Below, piece by piece: positions 24,698 to 37,484 of a stretch of 64,000 nt of DNA; position 1 is the stretch's first letter; each line of letters starts with the position of its first letter. The notes under the pieces are model-generated. The model searched no databases. It worked only from the letters and a program-made list of their open reading frames with translations, and was not told where the DNA came from. Origin of the DNA: Pseudogymnoascus verrucosus (taxonomy: Eukaryota); assembly GCA_001662655.1 (NCBI GenBank), contig KV460259.1; one strand, 5' to 3'. A program made the position numbers and the translations under genes.

Positions 24698-27363
24698 TCA
24701 TAACGGCGTGAAGCTACTCTCGACCTTAAAATCCCTACTACTAAACCCAGCATGCACACCGATTTTCCCAGGCGCAATAACCCACTCCTGGCTAACTGTA
24801 TCCCAAAAACTCACATCCCTTCGCATTAAATTAAACGTCACGGTCTGGCTCTCCCCAGGCTGCAAAAGCACCTTCTCAAAACCTCTCAGCACTCTAACCG
24901 CTGAAGCGGTAATGCCATCAACTGGAGGCAGCGAGAGGTAGAGCTGTGGCACCGCAGCTCCAGCCACCGCGCCAATATTGCTCACGACAACAGTAACTCG
25001 GAATATGGTTTTGAACAAGTTCGGGTTACCTCCTGGTGCTATCTTGGCAGCCGGTGCGCGCGCCGTAATTTTCTCGTCGATTTTCGCGATTCCCAAGTTC
25101 GTCATCCCAAATGTGGTGTACGACAAACCGAAGCCGAATTCGTACAGCACGCTCGAGTTGTAGTAATCGAAATGACGGTAGTCGATCAGCGGCCCCTCTT
25201 TGAAATCAGACTGCCATGCGTTTGGATCTTTCGTGGCTCGCAGTTCTGGGGAGTCGGTAATAGGCGCAAACTTGTCTTCGGCTTCCGAGTTGGCAATTGT
25301 GTATGGCAGCTTGCCACTCGGGTTAACAACCCCGTAAAGGATGTCCACGATTGAGTTGCCACTCTCTTGGCCGGGGAAGTGGGCAGCGACTATGGCTTTG
25401 ACATTTGGGTGAGAGGCCCAGGGCATGGTGTTTGGCCCTCCAGAGTGTGTGATGACGACGGTGTTGGGACAGCGATCAGCGACATTCTTGACAACAGCCG
25501 CGCTGTTCCAGTCAGCTTCGAGAGTGGTCCTATCAGAACCTTCTGAGGCCCATGTCTTGAGAAAGACCAGACAAACGTCGGGAGGGGAAGGGGCGAATGT
25601 GGAGAAAGCAAGATTGGGATCGCTGGCTAAGTAGTTGTTGTTGAGAATAAATTGTACGATAGACCCATCAGCAGCCGCGCGTGCTTTGATTGCATCCATC
25701 GGTGTCACAACATATGTAGGTCGACCAGTCCTTTATGGGTATTAGTTTTGGTTTCAAAATAACAGAATTGCAACTTACCCTGAACCGCCTCCAATCGTCA
25801 AGGTACCATATTCGAACCCTTTATCGCGGATGACATTAAGAGTGTATACACCATTGATATTATCACCAGCGTCATTTCCAAACACGCCTATGTTCTTTGG
25901 GGCCTTTAGTGGAAGGATATTTCCTGTATTCTTAAGAAGCACTGTTCCCGCAGCTGCCGCATCGCGGATGAGTTTTGCGTGCGTTCCGCGTGCGTCGACG
26001 TTGGCTTTGGCGCCATAAACAAAGGACTGGAGATAAGGATGGAGTCCCCATTTGTTCAATGAGGCCGACGATTGGTCTATAGACGGGTAACTTGTGTCCT
26101 GTTTCAGGAAGAAGTATGGCGTCATAACGCGGTGCACCATATCGTCGATTCGAGCCATCGTTAAAGATCCGTTATTTACCCCGATAGTCAAATTTCCTCC
26201 AAAATATGAAGGTCCTGGTGATTGGAAATTGATCGAACCCGGCATATCCATGTCCAAGCCGGCCTTGACAGACGCGACGCCGGAGTGGGTGGCACCCCAG
26301 TCACTGACGACATATCCCTGGAAGCCGAGTTCTTCCTTTAGCAAGCCGTTCAAAATCTTTGAGTTCTGGCAAGCGTAGGATGCATTAAGGCGGTTGTATG
26401 CACACATCACTGACGAAACTCCAGCATGAAGCGCATTGGCAAAGGGCCACATGTACACCTCATGCATCGTCCTGTCGTCGATGTTGGAGGAAACAGCATC
26501 GATTTTAATGCCTCCATTGTTGGAGGGAACTCTCTGAGTTTCTTGTTCATTACCGATCCAGTCTGCGTGGTCTAGTTAGTATCTCATCCGTATCTTTCAC
26601 AGAATCATCATCGACGTACGTTTAGCATTGGCTTGCACGCCAGTACTTTGGATCCCAGTGATCGTTTCCTCCATGGCTACTCCCGTAAGATACGGATCAG
26701 GTGAGAAACCTATCAACGCGTCAGTATGCCTAAATACGTGTACCAAAGCAGGTAGGTAAATACACACCCTCCCACCCCCTTCCAGCATATGCAGAGCGAC
26801 CTAGCGGCCCAGCTACAGGCCCAAGCATAACATGTGCTCCTTTAGCCTTAAACTCGGCACCTAAATATGAACCTCGCGTGTTCATGAGTTTCCGGTCCCA
26901 TGTCGCGGCAATAGTCAGGCCAGCGGGGAAGACAGACACAAAGGTAGCTTGGCGAATAGCTGCAGGGCCATCTTGCATACAAAGTCCCTTGAAACCGAGT
27001 CTCGCAATTGGTACGAGATTCCCTAGCTGTGTTAGTACATCGCCGATAAGTTTCACATGGACGATTCTTACCAACACATGGGCCCCGAATGTTCCCTGTG
27101 AGGAGGCCGGCCTTTTCATCTAGAGTCAGGTTTGCGGCAAATATGCGCGCCTTGGCTAATGCAGCCTCCCATCCATTCCCATCAGTAGAAGCTAAATCCT
27201 GTCAGCGCGATCGCACGTATATTGACAAGTTGGTGGACTCACGGCTCGGGTAGACCGGGGGGCTGCTTGTAAACAAATCGTGGTCCCATGAGCTCTGCGC
27301 ACTGGCGACCAGGAAGAACGATATCAAAGTAGTTAGGAGCTTGCCCAGACGTAGGTGAGCCAT
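24698..27363 (-). CDS. Secreted glycoside hydrolase family 3 beta-glucosidase (multi-exon)
   Basis: Signal peptide; motifs QDGP, GPVAGPLGR..GGRGWEG, VMCAYN, nucleophile VSDW, AGLDMDMPG, GQESGN, PSGKLPYT and FGFGLSYT; C-terminal FN3-like domain. Confidence 0.95.
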
Positions 27364-28666
27364 GTTGTAAGAGAATAAATCACCAATCCACTCGAAAAAG
27401 AGGGATCTGCAGTTCGCAGAAGAGAAGAGCACGGCAGCTGTCTTATACTTGACTTGCGCCCACATTGCCAAGGAGGCGTCCGCCACAACCTGGGGAAGCT
27501 GCGGGAGGGGAAACATAACGGCACGGCTCATCTGACAGGCAGTGGCTTTGTTGGTAGCATTCCAGGGGCAGAAACTTCTTCGAGATGTAAGTACGAGGCA
27601 GGTGATAGGTCATGGCAGTTTTTACGGCGTCATGTAACGAGGCACCAGGACACTATTCATCAGCCAAGTCCAGCGCCAAGGGAAGATCAATAAACAAATT
27701 GTCGATACGAGATCGAGACTGGCAGTGCCGTGAAATAGCGGCGGAGTCTAGAGGGTGCCCCGTTGCGTCTAGCTCCAGCCACACATATGTTCCGACGGCA
27801 CTACTACCGACGGGGATAATATGTAGAATAAAGGAGCACCTAGGGAATGTGGGACCTTGGATGTGGAACCGCTGACCTCTTTGTGCACAGTAACGGTCCG
27901 ATGCCTTGTTTAATCAAAGGTAGACATTCAAAACTGAAGGGCTGGTTATTATGAGCCTCGTGTTCATAGTTCGCATGATACCGACGATCACAGGCGGGGA
28001 ACAGTCCATATCGGGGTTCTAGGCCAGACGCCTAGTGGGGAATATTCGGCAGAGATGTAAATGTGAGGTAGTGAATGGGCCCATGGATATATGGAGATGT
28101 TCTCGTATAGAGCTGGTTTGATAGGCTCATAGGTCGACACTACTCGAGTAAGTGTGGTCTCACTCTTGTTGTGTTGTTGTTGGACCGATGTCATGCGACC
28201 AGGGTGGGGGATTGGGATGGCCCGAGCAGCGAGCTTTCCCCGGGTTTTAACCCCGCCATCGAGGCAAGATAGCTTCAAATATGAGAAATTCGATGTGCAC
28301 TAAAGCAATAAGTATACTGAGCTAAGAAATGCCCAGAACGCCCGGGCAGGCTTTTGACCTCTTGGTTGCATATGTCGTATATACATACATACTTTCATTA
28401 TAGATACATATACTACACAATAGATATGCACTGAAGGCGTGACTGAGACTTGTGTCTTGCGCACTGCCAGGTTTTGATGTCACGACTCGGTACCATCACC
28501 ATCCCCGTAGGACGTAGTATATCCAATTATGGTATTGTTACAAACAAACATCAAATGGCCTAACATCCATAACGGATCTCCACTTGTAGATTCCCGCCAC
28601 CTAACGCCGAACGGCCACATGCTCATATTCATCTAACCAACCCCCCCTCCAACCCCTCCAACCTCC

Positions 28667-30235
28667 TCAACCGAGAAACCTTCTCACATTTCCCCCCACA
28701 TGTTCCAGGTCGAGCAAAAATGTATCATGTCCAAACAAACTCGCGTCCTCGCCAAGCTCCACATGTGTCACCCTCTTGTTTCCTCCACTCCTCAGCGTCT
28801 CCGCGATCTCCCGCTGTTGCCATGCCGGGAACAAGATGTCGCTCGCCACACCTAGCACAAGAGTGGGGATGTCTCGCATCGGCTGCAGTCCTTTCACCAA
28901 GTCTGCGGGAGGAGCAGTGGACGTTGCGATAGGCCCGTTGAGGTCGACAGGAACCTGGCCAGGCTGTTCTACGTACGGCGTGTCGGGTAAATCCAGACTG
29001 CAGGTCGATGAAGAAAAGTCCCCCCCAGATGCCTCTAAGCTGTCTGACCGCTCCGCCCTCCTCAGAGCGGTAGCATGTTGGTGTTCGGCACCCAGATCAA
29101 ACAAGTCCATCGCCTTGCTCACATACAGCAAGCTATTCGGATCATACTCCAAGCAGAACTTCTCGCCTGCATGGTCCAAATAAGTCTCAATGAGGAAATC
29201 TGGACACAATGCTGGCTGCTTGCTCGGATCCGCACGCCTCCTCCCAAACCGCTGCTCCCACTCTGGACCGCTGCGATATGTCACCGTGGCGATCTCACGC
29301 GCCAGCTTCATCCCTGCGTGCGGCGGCACCCGATCGTAGTAGTAGCCCCGCGCCCAGTTCGGGTCCATCATCAGTACCTGCCGCTGTGTGTGTCGCATCG
29401 CAATGCTGTAAGGGTGCGAGCGGGCGCAACCTGAGATCGATACAACGCGGCCTACGCGGGAAGGGAAGTGTACGCCGGCCGCCAGGGACTGCATGCCGCC
29501 CATACTGGCGCCGACACTAGCGTAGAGCTTGTTGATGCCGAGGCCGTCAAGCAGGCGAAACTGGGCGCGCACCATGTCGTTCAGGGTGAGAATCGGGAAG
29601 CGGGTGGCGTAGTTCTTCCCGTCGGCTGGGTCGATGCTACTTGGTCCAGTAGAGCCGTAGCATCCGCCTATAACATTTGTGCAGATGATATGGTATTTAT
29701 CCGTATCTAGGCACCCTCCTGGCCCAATAAACTTCTCCCACCATCCACGCTTCGGGTTCTTCTCTGTCGAGTGCGCATGCGAGGATGCGGAGAGTCCAGT
29801 GTGGAGCAGAATCGCATTCGATTTGTCGGCGTTGAGCTCTCCCCAGGTCTCGTATGCGATATTGAACTCAGGTAGGACACCGCCCCAGTCGAGCAGTATA
29901 GGGTCTTTGCAGTGGTAAACTTCTGTTGCGCCACTGGTATAGGAAGGCTCCGGGCCGCTTGCATGAGAACGCGCCTCCAGCGTCGCCGTCTTGCTCTCGA
30001 GCGCATCGAGGCATGGGAAGGACATTGCCGGGTTCGAGGCATCTGTCGCTGCTGGAGCCTCTGCTCGCCTTGACGGCTGGGTGTGGAGCTGTCGTGAGGA
30101 ATGGTGGCAGGCCGGAGCAGCCGCAGACATGGCCGGTCTGGCGGCCGAGAGTGGTCGGCTCCATGATCTCGAGAAAGGTTTGATTGGTTTTGAAGCTATC
30201 CGCGTCGCGGACACGGCCGCTCTTGAGGCGCTCAT
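28667..30235 (-). CDS. cys2/cysA: Mitochondrial serine O-succinyl/acetyltransferase (MetX-fold, cysteine biosynthesis)
   Basis: Arg/Ser-rich presequence; [23 protein letters not shown] (Cys2-type rather than Met2-type motif); nucleophile GASMGG; FGHDTFL. Confidence 0.88.
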   Translation of the reverse strand: MSASRAAVSATRIASKPIKPFSRSWSRPLSAARPAMSAAAPACHHSSRQLHTQPSRRAEAPAATDASNPAMSFPCLDALESKTATLEARSHASGPEPSYTSGATEVYHCKDPILLDWGGVLPEFNIAYETWGELNADKSNAILLHTGLSASSHAHSTEKNPKRGWWEKFIGPGGCLDTDKYHIICTNVIGGCYGSTGPSSIDPADGKNYATRFPILTLNDMVRAQFRLLDGLGINKLYASVGASMGGMQSLAAGVHFPSRVGRVVSISGCARSHPYSIAMRHTQRQVLMMDPNWARGYYYDRVPPHAGMKLAREIATVTYRSGPEWEQRFGRRRADPSKQPALCPDFLIETYLDHAGEKFCLEYDPNSLLYVSKAMDLFDLGAEHQHATALRRAERSDSLEASGGDFSSSTCSLDLPDTPYVEQPGQVPVDLNGPIATSTAPPADLVKGLQPMRDIPTLVLGVASDILFPAWQQREIAETLRSGGNKRVTHVELGEDASLFGHDTFLLDLEHVGGNVRRFLG

Positions 30236-30419
30236 TGTTCTATGAACTCGTTTGCAGCAGGCCTCCGATAAATTGACCACGGCGGCGGCTATTTAAACAG
30301 AGAGACGTCGGTGATGAAGCTCCGACAGTCGGCTTGGTCACCAAGCATCCACCCATCAAGGCTAAATGGCAGAAACTTTAAATCTCTCCTAATATGGAGG
30401 CGGTAAGTTTTTGCTGTAC

Positions 30420-30437
30420 ATGACGTGATTTCACGTG
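30420..30437. promoter_or_regulatory. Candidate sulfur-regulon sites (CYS3/MetR-like ATGACGTGAT next to Cbf1-type TCACGTG) upstream of cys2/cysA
   Basis: ATGACGTGATTTCACGTG about 190 bp upstream of the ATG; one mismatch to ATGRYRYCAT. Confidence 0.45.
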
Positions 30438-30726
30438 CCCTTTTTTTCTTAATTAGGTATAGACAGCGGCCGCTCCCGCGTTTAGCTTATTCCAGGCAGA
30501 ACAGACCATCTTGCGTAGGCAACCTCGGTGGATGTGGGGGAGGGAGGCGTCACCATCTCGCCACTGATATTCGATATTCAATTCCGTAGGATAAACAAAT
30601 GGTTTAGAGTAGCAACATTTCCGGTTCACTATATCATTTCCAAAGTTTACATTTCACCAACTTAGACCACTGAAATAGTGTATTGTTTGCCACGATCCCC
30701 ACACCGTCATTCGCTGAACAAGTCCA

Positions 30727-31844
30727 ATGGCATTCCCCAACTTTCTCACGGCGTTCTCCTCCAGCCTCCAAGCCATTAATCCGTTCAGCACTCCTCCGAA
30801 CTCTCACATTGATCCCACCGTCGCCGATGTCCTTGTCGTCAAAGCAATGCTCCAGAGCCTCTCCCTTCCCCTCGAGCTCGCCGACGCCATCATCGACTAT
30901 GCCGAGTACTGGCCTCACACCTCCGCCGTGCTCCCGGGTATCAAACCCGCCTGTGCGCATGGTAATTCACGCGAAGACTATTTTGTTGTATGTCCCCCTC
31001 ACTTTGCCCATCCGTAGCCCACTAACATTTCAAGACACGCACCCTCCCTCTCGGATGTCTCTCAAGCTCCCCTTCCACAGACCCCAGCCGTGCGCCTCCA
31101 CCAGCAAGCCAAGGCAGTATGAGACCGCATGTCTTCCCACCCACTCAATCCGAGGCCTCGAAAGCAGCAACCGCCGCCCTGTATGCAGCATGGGCGGGGA
31201 CCTCACAGCCGCGTGAAGTGCATCCATGTCGGAAAATCGTTTTCAAATTCGGGATGCGCGATCAGGGGTGGGGCGGGGATTACAAAGATCACGGAACTTA
31301 TAATGGGTCGTTTACGTGGTTAGATGTTGGGAGAGAGCGGGCGAGGGCCATTGACAAGTATGAGAGTGAGACCTTGGAGGGATCTGCGGAGTTGCCGCAA
31401 CCAAAAAGGCAGCGGAAAGAAGGCTCAGAGAGCGATGTGGAGAAGACGTTAGCTTGGAATTTGGAGTCTGTGGATCCCCCATTGAAAATGAATGTATCTC
31501 CAACAGGGCGTCAGGCGTGGCTTAATGAAGAGAACAGGGTACGTATGGCGGTTGAGCTAGAGCATCCGTTCTTGCCGCATGACAAGACGTTGCAGAAGAA
31601 TCTAGTTGCGACAAAAGAGGCAGTGGACTACACAATCGTATGGCGCTGGGATGACGATATTGATGCCGAATCCGATGACGCGGAAGAGTTGCAGAAGGCC
31701 GGCCGCGGTAAGGCCACAGGAAATGGCGAGTTCGTTCGGAGTTTGGAGGTTGGAGATGTGGTGACTTTGTGGGCAAGAGCGAGATTTCCGGGGTGGTCTA
31801 TTACGGTAATAGATGTTGAGGTTGATATGTTCTGGGCGGTATAA
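30727..31844 (+). CDS. Conserved fungal protein of unknown function (LPLEL..IIDYAEYW F-box-like N-terminus, DQGWG motif), 2 exons
   Basis: Intron about 30988-31034. Motifs PCRKIVF...DQGWGG...TYNGSFTWLD, LQKN and WARARFPGW. Confidence 0.75.
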
Positions 31845-32527
31845 TACATCTATGGAATCCATGGTTGCATGAGGCTATGGTTTGTAGAATTGGACAGGGT
31901 TACAGAGAGGCCAGTAGCTTTCCGTCAATATATAGTAGATATACAGTATGCAGAAATTAGCAACGCCTTTCAGTTATTTTTCTAGTTGCCTATATTGCTC
32001 TATTCTTCATTTATGGCCTATCTCTTCGCTTATTAAATCATTTGCTCACCCTCGATCTAATACAACAGTGAGCGTCACCGATAATAGTGTGCGTAATTTA
32101 AAGTTGGATTCTTTAAAAAACAGATAAATTCGATGATTGTTTTAGCTTTTTGTGAATTTATCCTAAAACGCAAAGAGTACTTCTACAAAAAAAACTAGGT
32201 AAAAAGAAATTTAGGAAGCAATTACAGAAGTACAACCAAAGTATGATCATACCAGGGATAAAATGATATTTTGTCTCGAGGCTCGCCAAGACTTGAGATC
32301 GAGAGAGAGACATGGATTTGAAACTCCGATGTGATTGGTTGTCGCTTGGACCTTGGAGAGCAACTTTCTTGAACCCTCAGCCTTGTCTGCCACTGCCGTC
32401 AACCGCAACAAATTCTGGCTCCTACAATAACCCACGGTGCTCCATTCCACGTCCTTACTGCCCAGTATCAAGGGATTAGAAACAATGTCCCGAGGCGCCT
32501 ACCGGTAGACAAGCACAACCTGCCAAA

Positions 32528-33562
32528 ATGGCATCCTCATTCGTTCCACGCGCCGTCTTCCCCCCGAACCTCAACCTCCCCCGCTCATACTTCCTTGGCC
32601 ATCATGCCGCCGGCCTCTCGAAGATGGTCACTATGCTTTCACACATCGACCTTATCATCGAATGCCGAGACTACCGCGTCCCCCTCACCTCTCGGAACCC
32701 CCTCTTCGAAGGCTCACTCGCCGGCCGCCAACGACTCGTCGTCTACACGAAGCGCGATCTCGGGAGTCGAAACCGGCCCGCCGACAAGGCGCGCGAGGCT
32801 ATAATCCGAGACTGGCACAAGCCGCAGCAAGTTCTCTTCTCGGACCACAAGTCGAAGAAGGATGTGCGGTCTGTGCTCGAGTTTGCGAAGCAGCATGCCC
32901 AAGAGCTGGATAGCTTGACGGGGAGTCGCATGCTCATTGTCGGCATGCCGAACGTGGGCAAGTCCTCTCTTCTTAATGCGCTGCGCATGGAGGGCGTCCA
33001 TCGTGGAAAGGCGGCATATACGGGGGCGCAGCCGGGGATCACACGCAAGATTGCGTCAGGAGTTAAGATTGTGGACCGTGACCCTGAGGCTGGCTCGGAA
33101 GGCGTGTACCTCGTTGATACGCCTGGAGTCTTCGTGCCATTCGTGCCGGATCCGGAGAGCATGCTTAAACTGGCGCTATGTGGAAGCGTTAAGGACACGA
33201 TTATTGCACCCACGACGCTGGTGGATTACCTCCTCTTCCACATAAATAAGCACGACCCAAAACTTTATCGCGAGTATTGCCCGCCAACGAATGATGTTCA
33301 TGAGATGCTCAATGCAGTGTGCCATAAGACTGGTCGGCTGCAGAAAGGAGGGGTGCCGGATATAGAGGCTGCAGCGCTGTGGTTGATTCAGCGTTGGCGA
33401 CAGGGGAACATGGGGTGCTTCGTGCTCGATGAGATCGAAGAGGATGGGCTTGCAAAGAAGATGCAGGAAGAGGTTGGAACGAGTTTGAGCGCGGCCAAGA
33501 AGGCGAAGAAGGAAGCGCAGAGGCAGAGGAGTAAGACGAGATTCTTGGAAAGCAAAGCATAG
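32528..33562 (+). CDS. MTG1: Mitochondrial ribosome-assembly GTPase (RbgA/YlqF circularly permuted)
   Basis: YFLGHH, ECRDYRVPLTSRNP, G4 TKRD preceding G1 GMPNVGKSS, G2 PGITR and G3 DTPG. Confidence 0.95.
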   Translation: MASSFVPRAVFPPNLNLPRSYFLGHHAAGLSKMVTMLSHIDLIIECRDYRVPLTSRNPLFEGSLAGRQRLVVYTKRDLGSRNRPADKAREAIIRDWHKPQQVLFSDHKSKKDVRSVLEFAKQHAQELDSLTGSRMLIVGMPNVGKSSLLNALRMEGVHRGKAAYTGAQPGITRKIASGVKIVDRDPEAGSEGVYLVDTPGVFVPFVPDPESMLKLALCGSVKDTIIAPTTLVDYLLFHINKHDPKLYREYCPPTNDVHEMLNAVCHKTGRLQKGGVPDIEAAALWLIQRWRQGNMGCFVLDEIEEDGLAKKMQEEVGTSLSAAKKAKKEAQRQRSKTRFLESKA

Positions 33563-33889
33563 TGGAGACTGCTGGGTGGTGTCTTTCAGAGAATGGATTC
33601 GCAACTGTACAGTACGACTAGAATTCTGGGACACAGTGTAAGTTCCATACGATCAATACCTCTACCCCATCTTGGGATATGATTTACGAAAACACCAAAC
33701 TGTATTATATTATTGTATATATATTAAACTGTCGTAATTAGAATATTATACTGGCTTGCACCATGGCTCGTATCGATTGTTCGTCTTAACCCAGAGTATC
33801 TGTCGCCAGACGCCATCTTGTGATGCCGTCCAATGTTTACTATCATCAAGGACACCAGCTACCACCATACTCGCTGCTCAAAAACACTT

Positions 33890-35188
33890 CTATCTACACT
33901 TCACATGAACCAGGCTTGTCTTGACTTCTCGTTTCCGCCCTTCAAGCACAAATGCAGTCAGCTTCCCACCCTTTAAGCATCCTGTATCTATCCCCTTCGT
34001 ATAATCGCCAAGAGATAGGCCCCGTCGAGAATCATGCCCGTATATGACTGTGGTGCGTTCATCCTCTGGGAGATGGGACTGAAATTCGTTCCATAACTAT
34101 ATTTGTGTTAGTAACTTAAGTAAACTCAACCGAATGCAGAATTATACCTTCGTCCACACACTTCCCTTGTGCCTCTCACTTGGTTCAAGTTTCTTTAGGT
34201 TTATAGTGCGAATGTTCATAACCATAAAGGGGTCCTGCCTTCTGAGCTTCAAGCCAGGCATCAAACCGGCATGTACCACGACCAAACTCCCCATCCCTTT
34301 GATATCCCCAACTTTAAGGATAAGTGGCAGATCCTTCAGCCACTTCACATGTTCTTTTGTAAGCTGTTTCGCAAGCTCCTTATGCTTCTGCTTCCTCTCA
34401 GGATGCTTCTTGCCACGGCCCTCAATAGCCGGCCCCCTAACCTCGACATCTGAGTCGGCATCCTCTCGTCCCGACGTCTTTCGCCTCGGCGGCGAGTTGT
34501 GAGCTCCGGACACTGACTTTGCATGCAACTTCTTCCATGCCTTCAGAACACCATCCTCATGATTTCCCCTCACCGCGCTCGCGCCCAGCTGCATCAGCAG
34601 ATCTAACACGCCGATAGAATCGGGGCCTTTGCTGATCATATCCCCTGCGCAAACCAGGTGGTCACGGGTCGAGTCGAAGTCCAGCTTCGCCAGTAGCCGC
34701 TCTAGGTCGCTCCTCATGCCATGGATGTCTCCGACTACAATCAAGCGACCCTGGAGGCCGCTGTTAGAGTTGCCCTGTCGGCCGACCTGCGGTACAAGGG
34801 AGTGATCTAAAGTCTTAATAAGAGTGATGCTGGCTGGGTCCGGAGAGAGATTGTCCGAGTCTTCCATAAGAGATAATGCCGTGGCGGCTTCCGGGAGCTG
34901 ATCGGTTTCGGAGAGTGATTCCCATTCCACCGTATCCGAATAAGTGGACGAAGAGAGAGATATGTTGTCTCGGGCATTGTACTTGAAAACAAAGAGGAGA
35001 GAGAGCGTGAAGAGGGTGAGGCAGATGCAGTGCCGGACGCGGAGACCACCAAATGCGGAGGTCATGAGCTTTTTAGGTCCCGGCGCATCATATTGCGGAG
35101 GACAGGAACTCATTCTCGGGCCAGGAGTTACTTCATCATTGTAGAGGCTGTTTGGCGTCAGAGCCTGGTTGTCATTGTCTTGCTTCAT
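33890..35188 (-). CDS. Calcineurin-like metallophosphoesterase with TM anchor, Ppn2/ApaH-like (possible endopolyphosphatase), 2 exons
   Basis: Motifs GDIHG, GDMISKGPDS, RGNHE and VHAGL. After an intron about 34097-34147 comes LWNEFQ...VIYGHDSRRGL...GIDTGCLKGGKLTA...VKCR*. Confidence 0.88.
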
Positions 35189-36040
35189 GCGTAGACGATT
35201 GGCCCACCTCCCAAGGTGGCTGTTCGCGGAATCAACCGCTTCGGCTTTGGTGCTCGGTGGATGTAATGTTGGTGATCTTTCACTAAAAAGTGTAGAGATA
35301 TATATAGTACCGTTCAAAGGGGTCAAAAACAATATAGACGTTATTCAAGTAAGTAGTGTTTAAAATCTATTATTCGTATGTTGTGGTTTAATGAAGAGCA
35401 ACAGAGTTTTGGGTGCCTTGGCGCTTGCGTGTACCTCTGACGTTTTGTCGTCGTCAACAGTCGCTGTCTTAACACGTGACTAACTGATGCTCCTACTTTC
35501 ATAATTTAAAGCAACAACTCACAAGGCGGCAAATTATTTGGTGGGTAATAACCTCATCTCTATTAATTTGAATGCCTGTCTGTCTCCCTCCTTGCAAAAG
35601 TCTCGATAGGGTACCTCTATTAACTCCGACATCCAACTCCAGATCTTGCTTGCCCATATTACAGAAGAAGAAAAAACGATCATGCTGCAGCTTCTAGAAA
35701 TACAGGCCCTCCAGCTCCAATCAATCGCCTCAAATGTGCAGTCATTATATATACATCGTCCCTTGTTGGAAGGCGACGACCGAAACCCGTGATGTTGAAC
35801 ACCGGCCAGGCCAGCGAACAGGTCGGAAACCGAAAGCAAAAAAAAACAACGTTGGTATTCGCACAAACAAGAATCAAGAGAGAGAGGCAGACGAAGGCTA
35901 TTGTACAACAAGGTTCTACTAACAAAGGTAGCAACTTTGTGAGTTTCGGAATCAACCATTGCGGATTTCCGACGCCGAGGTAATAACAGGATTCTTATTG
36001 ATTTCAATTTCTCGGGCGACGGCAATCGTGCTTGATGCGT

Positions 36041-37484
36041 TCAACTGAGCCTGGCCTTCTTTGCGGAACCTTGAGAAAGCTCGGAGCCGTTCTTTACCTT
36101 GGACACTGGCGAGCTTGACAAGGGTGAGCTCCGCGGAACAGAGCCTTTTGGAGCGCCTGGAACCGGCGAGGAAGGGGTTTGAGCCACAAAGAGGGCCCTC
36201 TCGTTGCCTTTCTCGGCCTTTGTCGCCGGACCCGCAGGAACTCGGTGCTGGACGCCGAGGGTTTGGGCCGTGTACCACGGAAGCTCCTCGTCCTTGAACT
36301 CCGTGAACGTCAGATACGGATAATCGTTGGGCAGACGAGAGATATTTGAGCGCGAAATCATGAGCTCAGCAACCACGGCCCTCAGCTCTTCTTTGACGGT
36401 ATTCAACGAGTCTCGAAGACGCTGCTTCCCCTTTGCCGTCATATCAAATTTCTTGTGCCAATCCTCCAGGTCTGCAGCCTTGCAGTAAGATCCGCCACCA
36501 GTGCCAATATCGGTGTAGAACTTGGAACCGCCATCGACCGCAGCATAGCCATGACCTGCCATCGTCTCCTTGACAATATATTGGCGGACAAGTGTGAGAG
36601 CCTGCCAATAGTAGACATCGTTGGCATAAAACGCACGCCCTGGTGTCGCTGCAGCTGGGTCGTTGCTTGGAGGGTGCAGCATGGCCCGAGGGAAAAAAGT
36701 TCGGAGGCGCTCTTCAATCTCCATCTTGCGAACGGTCTGCTCTTGAACCTTCTTGTCCGCAATATCGCAGAGAGTAAGGCCGTTGGCTGTATTCACAAGA
36801 GTCTGCTTATTGATCGCAGACGGGACCTTCCACAGCCCCACGATTCTGATCATGGACTCTCGGAAGATGACGGGCGAGCGAAGGCGGACTCCGATATCAG
36901 CCCAGTATTCGACGTCTCTCAGAACGCGTTTCCAAAGATAGGCGCCGGTGCGGAGGAGGTGCGTCTCAATATCGCGGCGAACGCACGGGACAGCCTTGAG
37001 AGGTTCTGCAGCCTGGAGCAGACGAAGGGAGTCGTTCACCAGTGCTTCGTCACCAGGAAACAGGATCGGATCGATGTTGCACATGCAGCGAAAGAGATTA
37101 TCGTAGATGTGGAGGTAGTCTGTTCCGATTTGGGTATCGACGGCGTTGAAGTTGAAAATGGCCTGTTTGGCCGCTGGGGGAGCCTGGCAACAGTTAGATG
37201 AAGTCGACGGATTTTTGTGAGGAGAAACATACACATACCATGAATTCAAACTCGACGAAGCGGCCCCTCGGATCGGGCCTCATGTGAAAGCGCCACTTGA
37301 TGGTTTTTCCATCCTCGCGTTGCTTCGGAGTGACGTGCGCGGGAGGGTTGATGCCCAGGAGCTCGGAGAATTTTGTGGATGCCGAAGAGAGCATGCTGGA
37401 GTGCAGGTTCCACGTGTCTCCGGTTGGTGCCAGAATGAAGACATCCGCCCCCTGGAAATGAGGGTACTGAGCTGGGTTGAACAT
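36041..37484 (-). CDS. Fungal protein with N-terminal BTB/POZ-like domain, function unknown, 2 coding exons
   Basis: MFNPAQYPHFQGADVFI...WNLHSSMLSSAS; intron about 37184-37238; helical region LRSPVIFRESMIRIVGLW; YPYLTF near the C-terminus. An in-frame stop upstream fixes the ATG at 37484. Confidence 0.7.

Noticed and set aside
36455..37201. Long antisense ORFs (248 aa here; also 46796-47524, 1113-1703, 57044-57580)
   Set aside because: Shadows of real genes on the opposite strand, with no recognisable motifs.
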